DNA of 32,000 nt from assembly GCA_943369485.1 (NCBI GenBank), contig CALRNH020000005.1, forward strand, positions 121,258 through 153,257. Reading direction: 5' to 3'. The notes under the pieces are model-generated. The model had not been told where the DNA came from. It saw only the letters and a list, made by a program, of their open reading frames with translations, and searched no databases. Numbering within the stretch: the stretch's first letter is position 1; the number at the start of each line of letters is the position of its first letter. Of this stretch, positions 17,672 to 25,224 are shown in pieces. The position numbers and the translations under genes were made by a program. Source of the DNA: Synechococcus sp. UW140 (GTDB lineage: Bacteria; Cyanobacteriota; Cyanobacteriia; PCC-6307; Cyanobiaceae).

Positions 17672-18115
17672 TCAGGCCAACGCCTCCAGGTAGAGCCACT
17701 GGCCCTGGGGGCCGCGCCCGAAACGGGAGCGCTCTTCAAGCACTCCGCTGCGGCCACGGCGGCTCCAGCGGGCCTGGAACTCCACGGTGCCCTCAGCATC
17801 GCCTGGGCCACCGGCCTCGCTGGCCAGTACGGTGAGCCCCAACCAGCGGGTCTGGCCGCACGCCGCCAGCAGCTCACGACGCCGTTGGCGCCCATCGGGA
17901 ACCGGCTCAGGGTGGGTGCGCAGCAGGTGATCGATCGCCCCAGGCTCCACGCCGGCCAGGGCGAAGGCGCTGTAACGCGAGCGCATCAATTGCTCGGCGG
18001 TGGAGGCCAACTGCTGGCCGCGGATCAACGGGGCGCAACACGCGGCATAGGCCCCGGCTCCGCAGGGGCAGGCGGCAGGCAGCTTGGAGATTGAAACAGC
18101 GAAGCCCTGGGCCAT
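17672..18115 (-). CDS. YchJ/UPF0225-family protein with N-terminal SEC-C-like motif
   Basis: From ATG 18115: ...ACPCGAGAYAACC...AEQLMRSRYSAFALAG...TRWLGLTVL...EFQARW...ERSRF...GQWLYL resembles E. coli YchJ. The second C-terminal SEC-C motif is absent. Confidence 0.7.
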   Translation of the reverse strand: MAQGFAVSISKLPAACPCGAGAYAACCAPLIRGQQLASTAEQLMRSRYSAFALAGVEPGAIDHLLRTHPEPVPDGRQRRRELLAACGQTRWLGLTVLASEAGGPGDAEGTVEFQARWSRRGRSGVLEERSRFGRGPQGQWLYLEALA

Positions 18116-18276
18116 GGGCAACGGGAACGATGAACCCACTCTGGGCTGGTGGCAGACGATCAGGCCTTCGAGGAGGCCTTGAAGCGCCAGGGCCGGCGGA
18201 AGGGTGGCAATGACTACAAGAGCCTCAAATTGGCCGACTAGGGTTCCGATGGCCTCCTTTAAGGGTTGAACCACTG

Positions 18277-20439
18277 GTGTGGATGCGTCGTCTCTCCAGG
18301 GATTCAGCGAGTCAGCTGAGCATCAAATCAAAGCTGATTCTGATGCTGCTGCTGGTGAGCGGCTTCTCCACGCTCATCTCGGCGGCCCTGGGCTATCGAA
18401 GCGGCCAGATCAATCTCACCAATCGGGTCTTCAATCAGCTCACCAGTGTCAGAGCTTCAAAGGCCTATCAGATCGAATCCTATTTTCGGAACATCCAGAA
18501 TCACACTCAGACCCTGAGTGAAGACCTTTCGATCGTCGCTGCCGTCGAGCAGTTCGACGCGGCCTTCCAGCAACTGAAAGGTGTGAAAGGGTCTGCCCAA
18601 TCAGACCAGGCCCTGGAGACCTACTACCGCAAGGAATTCCTACCACGGCTGGATCAGTACCATTCCGGCACTCCGAACCTCCCCGCCTATCTGGCCAGTG
18701 ACCCGGCCACGCGTTACCTGCAGTACAACTACATTGCCGCCAATCCCAATCCGGTCGGCAAGAAACAGCAACTCGTCGCCGCAAAGGATGGCAGCGCCTA
18801 TTCACAGGTGCATGGGCGCTATCACCCGATCTTTCGCAACATCATCGCCAAGTTCGGCTACTACGACATGTTCCTGATCAATCCCCAGGGACAGATTGTC
18901 TACACCGTTTTCAAGGAAACCGATTACGCCACCAACCTTGACCATGGCCCCTACAAGGACAGCAATCTGGCCGAGCTGGTGCGTCAGGTGATCGCCTCAA
19001 AGGAGAAAGGGTTCACCCGGCTGGTCGACTTTGCCACCTATGCCCCCTCCTACGGCGCACCCGCCTCCTTCATCGCGGCCCCGATCTACAACGGCTCCAA
19101 GCTGGTCGGCGTTCTCGCCTTTCAGATGCCCGTCGACGAGATCAACAACGTGATGACCGGCAACCAGGAATGGAAACAGGATGGACTGGGCCAATCAGGT
19201 GAAACCATCCTGGTGGGCCAGGACAACCTGATGCGCTCGGCCTCGCGCTTCTATCTGGAGAATCCCAAGGCCTTTCTGACCCAGTTGCAGTCACGGGGCA
19301 TGAAGGAAGACGCGATCGCACGGCTGCGCCAATACAAAACGACGATCCTGCAGCAGCCGGTCTCCACCCCGGCGGTGACCAAGGCGGTCGCCGGTGGCTC
19401 CGGAACCCTGCAGGTGGTCGACTATCGCGGTGTGCCGGTGCTGAGTTCCTATGCGCCGCTTCAGATCGATGGCTTCGACTGGGTGATCCTCTCCCAGATG
19501 GACCTGGCGGAGGCCTATGCGCCGATCCACGCCTTCCAGCGGCAGATCCTGATCACCGTGACGTTGCTGATCCTGCTGGTCACCCTGCTGGCCATGGCTC
19601 TGGCCCATCTGTTCGTCAAGCCTGTCCAGCAACTGATCGAGAGTGCCCGCAAGGTCTCGTCCGGCGAACTCACGAGCATCCCGGAAGTGAATTCCAAGGA
19701 CGAATTCGGAGAGTTGGGCCGGTCCTTCAATGCCGTCGTGCAGAGTCTCCAGACCCAGACGGCGCTGGTCGATCAGAAGAACCAGGAGAACGAGAAGCTG
19801 CTGTTCAGCGTCTTTCCCACGGCCATCGCCCGCCGGCTGCAGCGGGGTGAAACTCAGATCGCCGAAGACGTCACCAACGTGGCGGTTCTGTTCGCCGATC
19901 TCAAGGGATTCTCCCAACTCTCCTCGTCCCTCACGGCCTATGAATCGCTGGCCATTCTCAACGATCTGGTGGGGTCCTTCGATGACCTGGCCGAGCAGTT
20001 CGGTCTGGAAAAAATCAAGACCATCGGCGACAGCTATCTCGCGGTCTGCGGCCTCTCGGTGCCCTACCTCGACCATGACAAACGGGCGCTCGATTTCGCC
20101 ATCGAGATGCTGGGTGTCCTGCGACGTTTCAACCTCGAGCGCGGCTTCACCCTCGGTCTCCAGATCGGCATCCACTCCGGCGACATCGTGGCCGGCATCG
20201 TCGGCAAGAGTCGGGTGGTCTATGACATCTGGGGCGAAACGGTCAAACAGACCCACGGGCTCAGCCAGGTCTGTCCCTCCGGCTGCGTGCTTGTCTCCGA
20301 GGTGGTGCATCACCGGCTCGAGGATCTCTACCAGTTCGAGCTCACCTCCGCGGCAAGCAATGGTCAGAAATCACAGCAGGCCTGGCAGTTGATGAGCACC
20401 ACCGCGCCAGCGGTCGGCGAGGCACTCTCGAAACCATGA
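18277..20439 (+). CDS. membrane sensor nucleotide cyclase: TM - double-Cache-like periplasmic domain - TM - HAMP - class III cyclase domain
   Basis: TM1 KLILMLLLVSGFSTLISAALGY, a ~380-aa extracytoplasmic region, TM2 ILITVTLLILLVTLLAMALAHLF, HAMP VKPVQQLIESARKVSSGEL...FGELGRSFNAVVQSL, and cyclase VAVLFADLKGFS...IKTIGDSYLAVCG...YDIWGETV. Start is GTG 18277 or ATG 18283. Confidence 0.9.
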   Translation: MWMRRLSRDSASQLSIKSKLILMLLLVSGFSTLISAALGYRSGQINLTNRVFNQLTSVRASKAYQIESYFRNIQNHTQTLSEDLSIVAAVEQFDAAFQQLKGVKGSAQSDQALETYYRKEFLPRLDQYHSGTPNLPAYLASDPATRYLQYNYIAANPNPVGKKQQLVAAKDGSAYSQVHGRYHPIFRNIIAKFGYYDMFLINPQGQIVYTVFKETDYATNLDHGPYKDSNLAELVRQVIASKEKGFTRLVDFATYAPSYGAPASFIAAPIYNGSKLVGVLAFQMPVDEINNVMTGNQEWKQDGLGQSGETILVGQDNLMRSASRFYLENPKAFLTQLQSRGMKEDAIARLRQYKTTILQQPVSTPAVTKAVAGGSGTLQVVDYRGVPVLSSYAPLQIDGFDWVILSQMDLAEAYAPIHAFQRQILITVTLLILLVTLLAMALAHLFVKPVQQLIESARKVSSGELTSIPEVNSKDEFGELGRSFNAVVQSLQTQTALVDQKNQENEKLLFSVFPTAIARRLQRGETQIAEDVTNVAVLFADLKGFSQLSSSLTAYESLAILNDLVGSFDDLAEQFGLEKIKTIGDSYLAVCGLSVPYLDHDKRALDFAIEMLGVLRRFNLERGFTLGLQIGIHSGDIVAGIVGKSRVVYDIWGETVKQTHGLSQVCPSGCVLVSEVVHHRLEDLYQFELTSAASNGQKSQQAWQLMSTTAPAVGEALSKP

Positions 20440-21920
20440 ACACCTCCTCACCTCTGTGGTTGTGGGGAATCAGCCTGGCCATCGGCTTTCCCCTGCTGAC
20501 GATCGTGCTGGGCGAAGTGATCCATCGCCTGAAGCGACGGGGGCTGGCGATTGCGAGCACGGTCCGGCTGGTGCGCGATGTGCTGCTGCCGATCCTGGTG
20601 CTGTTGGTCTTCCTGCAGCACCTGCTCATGGTCGACCCCGGCAGTCGTCTGTTCAGGACCGTCGAGACGGTGTTCTGGGTCTGCGTGATCCATGCCGCCC
20701 TTTCCCTGCTCAACGTGGTCCTGTTCGAGCAGGCCGAGGCCGACACCTGGCGCTCAAGGGTGCCGAAGCTGCTGATCGATCTGGCACGCCTGTTTCTGAT
20801 CCTGCTGGGAACCGCGTTCGTTCTGGCCACCGTCTGGAACGCGGATCTGGCCGGTCTGGTCACCGCCCTGGGGGTCAGTTCGATCGTCATCGGTCTGGCC
20901 CTGCAGGACACCCTCGGCAGTGTGATGTCGGGCATTGCCCTGCTGTTCGAGCGGCCCTTCACGGTGGGGGACTGGCTGGAGGTGGGCGGCGTAGTGGGCC
21001 AGGTGATCGACATCAATTGGCGTGCCGTGAGGTTGCTGACGCTGGAGCAGGAGATGGTCGTGATCCCCCACAAGCTGATCAGCAGTGAGATCATCCGGAA
21101 TTTCACCAAGCCCAACCCGATCCACGCCGAAAGGATCCAGATCGGCTTCTCTTACAACGATCCGCCCAACCTGGCGCGGCAAGTGCTCAAGAGCACGGCC
21201 TTGGAAACCAAGGGCATTCTGCTGGATCCAGAACCTGATGTGTTCACGCTCGCCTATGCCGACTCTGCCGTGTCCTATGAGGTGAAGTTCTTCATTCGCG
21301 ACTATGGCGATGTTGAACAGATTCGTGAACGCTTCATGACACGGGTCTGGTACGCCGCCAAGCGCAACAACCTTTCGATTCCTTTTCCGATCCGAACGGT
21401 GTACAACTACCATGGGCCCACGAGCCAGCAGAAAGGGCTCGCCAAGAAGTTCAGCGAAAGCCTCCAGGCCATCCCCTCCTACGTACCCATCAATCGCGAG
21501 GAGAGCAGCGTCACCACCTCATCAACAGGAATCGCCCTTCAGCATTTTGCGGCAGGAGAGAAGGTGATCCGCCAGGGCCGAATGGGCAACGAGCTCTATA
21601 TCATTGTCGCCGGCCAGGCGGTGATGTCAACCCGCGATGACAGTGGCGAAGATCTGGACTTACTCGCGCTGAGAAGTGGTGAGTTCTTCGGCGAGATGAG
21701 CCTGTTTTCCGGTGAACCCAGCGTCGTGACCATCGCCGCCAGCAATGATCTTGAAGTGATGAAGCTCCCAGCGGCGGTGGTCAATCAGATGATCGATCGC
21801 CAGCCCAGCTTCGCCCGCGAGATCGGCCAGATCCTCGAGATCCGCCGCCTGGCGATCCAGGAGACGAAACAGGCCCACCGCCAGTCGATGCAGGACCAGC
21901 AAGCGGGGCAACGCCCCTGA
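20436..21920 (+). CDS. MscS-family mechanosensitive-type channel with C-terminal cyclic-nucleotide-binding domain (bCNG-like)
   Basis: N-terminal TM helices. MscS core GLALQDTLGSVMSGIALLFERPFTVGDWLEVGGVVGQVIDINWRAVRL...VVIPHKLI...IRNFTKP. CNB-like C terminus GNELYIIVAGQAVM...GEFFGEMSLFSGEP. ATGA overlap with the cyclase gene. Confidence 0.9.
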   Translation: MNTSSPLWLWGISLAIGFPLLTIVLGEVIHRLKRRGLAIASTVRLVRDVLLPILVLLVFLQHLLMVDPGSRLFRTVETVFWVCVIHAALSLLNVVLFEQAEADTWRSRVPKLLIDLARLFLILLGTAFVLATVWNADLAGLVTALGVSSIVIGLALQDTLGSVMSGIALLFERPFTVGDWLEVGGVVGQVIDINWRAVRLLTLEQEMVVIPHKLISSEIIRNFTKPNPIHAERIQIGFSYNDPPNLARQVLKSTALETKGILLDPEPDVFTLAYADSAVSYEVKFFIRDYGDVEQIRERFMTRVWYAAKRNNLSIPFPIRTVYNYHGPTSQQKGLAKKFSESLQAIPSYVPINREESSVTTSSTGIALQHFAAGEKVIRQGRMGNELYIIVAGQAVMSTRDDSGEDLDLLALRSGEFFGEMSLFSGEPSVVTIAASNDLEVMKLPAAVVNQMIDRQPSFAREIGQILEIRRLAIQETKQAHRQSMQDQQAGQRP

Positions 21921-22021
21921 CCGGGGCCGTGACACCCCTTAGCTCCCGACGGTGATCAACCATGCAGGAGACTGCACCGGAAGCGCGCCTCCGCAGGCCC
22001 CATGGATGAATCCTGCCACCG

Positions 22022-22201
22022 ATGAGCCCACTGTTTGCCTGTTCAGGTTGTGGCGTTCGGATTGAACGCTCGATGCGCCTCTATCTCGAGCAGAAGGGAC
22101 ATGTGCTCTGCTCCACCTGCAAGGACCAGCGGGAGGCTGATCCACCCGCTTCAGAGGCGCCGAGTGCCGCAGAGAACGAGATGCCACCGACCGGAAGCTG
22201 A
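22022..22201 (+). CDS. putative 59-aa zinc-ribbon protein (below the ORF-track length cut-off)
   Basis: Own translation: MSPLFACSGCGVRIERSMRLYLEQKGHVLCSTCKDQREADPPASEAPSAAENEMPPTGS*. It has two CxxC pairs 20 residues apart. It competes with an implausible 82-aa antisense ORF. Confidence 0.4.
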   Translation: MSPLFACSGCGVRIERSMRLYLEQKGHVLCSTCKDQREADPPASEAPSAAENEMPPTGS

Positions 22202-23662
22202 CTAAGCGATCACCGCTTCCCCGCGCCGGTGGATCTCGCTGGCGTAGGCGGTCCAGGCTCCCTGGCCCCAGTAGCGGAAGCAGCTGGTTTCCAGCAGCAG
22301 CAGGTGGAGCAGGGCTTCCTGGTAGCGCGGGGATTTGGTGATGGCGGGATCCTCAGCCACCAGGGGATCAAACACCTGGTGGAACCGGGCGCTGAACTGG
22401 TTCATCGGCTCCAGCACGTTGCCGTAGCCCTCCACCCAGCTGAGATCGTTGGTCCAGGAGGCACCCGCCATCGAGAACTGGGGATCACTGGCCTGGAGGG
22501 CGGCGATCGCGGCTTCGGTGGCTTCCGGGGTGGGTGGGCAACCAACCTGTCGCCACAGCTTGTGTTGCTGCACGGCCTGAATCGTCGGGTAGTCAGCGGG
22601 GCTGAATCCGGCGGCTTCCAGCAACTCCAGATACTCGGTGCCATTGATCGCCACGGTGCCTGAATCGTTGCCCGCATCCCTGCCCAAAGAGGCAATTTTC
22701 TGATGGGCCTGGATGAAGGCGGACGGGAATTCATTCATCATCACGCCGCCATTTTCACCATCGGCAATCTGTGACACGAGCGAAGGGATCATTGTTTCTC
22801 CCAGCGCTTGCCGTTCCAGCCCGAGGGCTTCGTAGCAGGGCTGCATCTGTCCCACCAGCTTGGTATCGGAACCCTGGGTTTTGATCAAGGCCGTGATCGA
22901 CACCTCCTCGCCGCTGGAGCTGCGTGCCACGAGCTGGTTGGGGCGGTATTTCTGCTCCTGACTGAGGCCTGAACCATCGAGGTTCTCCACGCTGTGCTCC
23001 TGCACCAGCAGCCAGCGGTAGCCGCAATCGCGGAGGGCCTTCACGAAGGCATAGAGGGTGTCGGGGTGGTTGGGCAGGTGCATCTCAGGCGGAGAGAATC
23101 CCTTCACCCGTTGCAGGGCCTCAGGGCCGAAGAGGGCCGCGAAATGGTGTTGCCAGGCCAGGATCTGCAGCTTGAGATCGGGGATGGGCGTGGAGGGAGC
23201 CACGGCATGGCTCCAGAAGGTGCCGAGCCATTCCACGTGGGGCTGCAGGCTGGGATCGCAGGCGAGCGACTTCAGGGCATCGAGGATGTCGTAGCGGCCC
23301 ATCTGCTCAAAGCCCCAGAGCAGGTTGCCCGAGTAATCCAGCATGATCCGGGGATTGCAGCCATCACGAATCAGCTGGGGGAGGATCTCCGCGAGGCGCT
23401 TGTAGCACTGGGCAAACGCTTCGGCGTTGTGGTTATCGCCCTCGCCGGGGTGCTCAAACATGTATTGCAGATGCGACATCAGCTCGCCATTGGCCCCGGC
23501 CGGAATCGTGGGCTGGTGCATGTGCAGGGCGCAGGCAAAGCCTGAGCGGATCTGCTCCAGGTTGAGATTGGAGTGCGGCGCAAACGCGGGGCCGGCCTGC
23601 TGCATGAGGGCGAGGATCTCGGCTTCGTCGCCAGCGATCGGCGGTAGGGAGGGGTGGGTCAT
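22202..23662 (-). CDS. glycoside hydrolase family 57 protein
   Basis: From ATG 23662 (MTHPSLPPIAG...): CALHMHQPTIP (GH57 region I HQP), then LDYSGNLLWG, with length and overall layout of cyanobacterial GH57 proteins. The upstream extension of the ORF is rejected. Confidence 0.8.
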   Translation of the reverse strand: MTHPSLPPIAGDEAEILALMQQAGPAFAPHSNLNLEQIRSGFACALHMHQPTIPAGANGELMSHLQYMFEHPGEGDNHNAEAFAQCYKRLAEILPQLIRDGCNPRIMLDYSGNLLWGFEQMGRYDILDALKSLACDPSLQPHVEWLGTFWSHAVAPSTPIPDLKLQILAWQHHFAALFGPEALQRVKGFSPPEMHLPNHPDTLYAFVKALRDCGYRWLLVQEHSVENLDGSGLSQEQKYRPNQLVARSSSGEEVSITALIKTQGSDTKLVGQMQPCYEALGLERQALGETMIPSLVSQIADGENGGVMMNEFPSAFIQAHQKIASLGRDAGNDSGTVAINGTEYLELLEAAGFSPADYPTIQAVQQHKLWRQVGCPPTPEATEAAIAALQASDPQFSMAGASWTNDLSWVEGYGNVLEPMNQFSARFHQVFDPLVAEDPAITKSPRYQEALLHLLLLETSCFRYWGQGAWTAYASEIHRRGEAVIA

Positions 23663-24081
23663 GACAGGCGCCAGGGGTTGATCAGCTCCAGGCCGACCTC
23701 GGCAAAATCGGCACCGTCCCGGGTGGCCAGCTGAGCACCATGGGCCAAGGCGGTGGCGGCGATCACCGCATCGGCGGTGGCCATCGGGCACGCCAACCGA
23801 TCGCGCCGGCTCAACAGTTCGCCGTACCAATGCGCCGCCTCGCTGGTGAAAGGCCACACCCGTCCACTGAACAGCTCGGCCAGCAGCTCCTCCCAGCTCT
23901 GCTGCAGCGACTGCTTGCGGCGACCCTCCGGCAGCCGGGACAGGCCATGGCGGATCTCGGCTTCGTTCATGGCGGTGATGGCGACGGCGCCTGGATCGAG
24001 CCGATCGGCCCAGGCCAGAACCTGGGGAGTGGGCGTGGGGCGCATCAACTCCGAGATCACGTTGGTATCAAGCACGATCAC
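23659..24081 (-). CDS. vapC: PIN-domain toxin (VapC/FitB-like)
   Basis: IVLDTNVISELMRP...MNEAEIRHGL...DAVIAATALAHGAQLATRDGADF. GTG start overlaps the antitoxin stop (GTGA). Its TGA overlaps the GH57 ATG (ATGA). Confidence 0.85.
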   Translation of the reverse strand: MIVLDTNVISELMRPTPTPQVLAWADRLDPGAVAITAMNEAEIRHGLSRLPEGRRKQSLQQSWEELLAELFSGRVWPFTSEAAHWYGELLSRRDRLACPMATADAVIAATALAHGAQLATRDGADFAEVGLELINPWRLS

Positions 24082-24341
24082 TCCGCCGCCTCCGTGAAGG
24101 CCGGCGGCTGGGGGATGGAATGACGATCAGGCAGCTCCATCTCCACCCCTCCCAACCGGGCGAAATGGGCATGGATCTGGCTGCCCAAGCCCTGCACAGC
24201 AGAACCGGGCTCGCTAACCGCAACGGCTTCTTTGAGGATCGTGCGCGCCTCTTCCTCCATGGAGCGGCCATGGCGGGCGGCCTGGATGCGTAGCTGGGTC
24301 TTGATGCTGTCTTCGAGGTTGCGGATCGTGAGGGTGGCCAT
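24078..24341 (-). CDS. ribbon-helix-helix antitoxin (FitA/Arc-like)
   Basis: MATLTIRNLEDSIKTQLRIQAARHGRSMEEEARTILKEAV is the typical FitA-like RHH N terminus. AGGAG lies 7 nt upstream of ATG 24341. Confidence 0.75.
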   Translation of the reverse strand: MATLTIRNLEDSIKTQLRIQAARHGRSMEEEARTILKEAVAVSEPGSAVQGLGSQIHAHFARLGGVEMELPDRHSIPQPPAFTEAAE

Positions 24342-24595
24342 CGACTTGCTCCTGCTCACACTGAGCTCAATGCTATCAACGCCAGCACCGATCGCTTTCG
24401 CGCTCTCCGTCTGCTCAACGCTTATATCCAAGAATCTGGCCCACGATGGCCCTCAGGTCATCCAGCTGACCTGGACCCCAGAAACTGAACAAGTCCTGAT
24501 GAGAGCTTCCCAAGCGGGCAAACGTCCACCGCCTGGCCGGAAAGCGGCGAACAGGCGACACACTCCTAGGGTTGAATTAGCTGATTGTTGACCCA

Positions 24596-24856
24596 GTGCA
24601 GACGCTCCCCCTCGCTCTGGCCGCTGTGCTGTTGGCCTTTCCGCTGCTGAGCGCAGGCCCGGCACTGGCCCAGAAGCGGATTCCCAAACTCCCGGGTCAA
24701 GATCAGTGTCCGCTTGGTTATGTGAATGACCTGAAGCAACATTGTAATTCACCCATCTATTACGAGGTGAGGCCCACCTACGGCAAACCCTGTCTCTCGG
24801 GATGGATGAACATCGGGGCGGGCTACTGCAAGAAGAAGACGCTGTGGATCTTCTGA
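24596..24856 (+). CDS. small secreted cysteine-rich protein (hypothetical)
   Basis: Signal peptide VQTLPLALAAVLLAFPLLSAGPALA/QK. The ~60-aa mature part has 4 Cys (QCPLG, HCNSP, PCLSG, YCKKK). GTG start. Locally low GC. Confidence 0.5.
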   Translation: MQTLPLALAAVLLAFPLLSAGPALAQKRIPKLPGQDQCPLGYVNDLKQHCNSPIYYEVRPTYGKPCLSGWMNIGAGYCKKKTLWIF

Positions 24857-25224
24857 TGCGCTTGGTCAGGTGATCATTCGCTCAGAGCACCAAGCCAAGG
24901 ATCTGCCCCACAATCGCCATCACCTGCTCCGGTTGGATCCTGCGGGCCGCCGCCCGCTGACGATCAGGCGGGGGAGTCGGTGTTTCCTGCCCATTGGCAC
25001 TTGATTCAGAGGCGTGAGGGCGATGGCGAGCAGCCTTTGGATTGGGGGCGGGCACCGGCACGGGGGTCATCGCGGTGCGGAGATGGGATGGACCGCTTTG
25101 CCTAGGATTGGGAGGGCCGCCCGATCGGCAAGGTCAACCCCTTGGGGCCTCGGAGCCGGCCCATCCATGGGAACGGCCAACCATTCGTTGAGATCAGCAG
25201 ATCCATCCCTAGCCCGCAGATTCC

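Noticed and set aside
18134-18241. A short plus-strand frame ending ...LVADDQAFEEALKRQGRRKGGNDYKSLKLAD* upstream of the cyclase gene (possible 30-aa leader peptide or gene remnant).
   Set aside because: Only CTG/GTG starts are available, it is about 30 codons long, and I recognise no motif. It lies antisense to the rejected N-terminal extension of the ychJ-like ORF. There is insufficient support.
18277-21920. Interpreting the cyclase plus CNB-domain membrane protein pair as a Pycsar-like anti-phage system.
   Set aside because: The cyclase carries a large Cache sensor and a HAMP domain, and the partner is a full MscS channel core. That architecture points to environmental signalling rather than phage sensing. 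I kept it only as a formal analogy inside the finding.
24882-25070. 62-aa minus-strand ORF (MTPVPVPAPNPKAARHRP...VMAIVGQILGLVL) with a hydrophobic tail.
   Set aside because: The composition is Pro/Arg-rich and low-complexity, with no RBS or motif support. A weak architectural similarity to the 49-aa ORF at 27994-28143 is not enough to call either with confidence.
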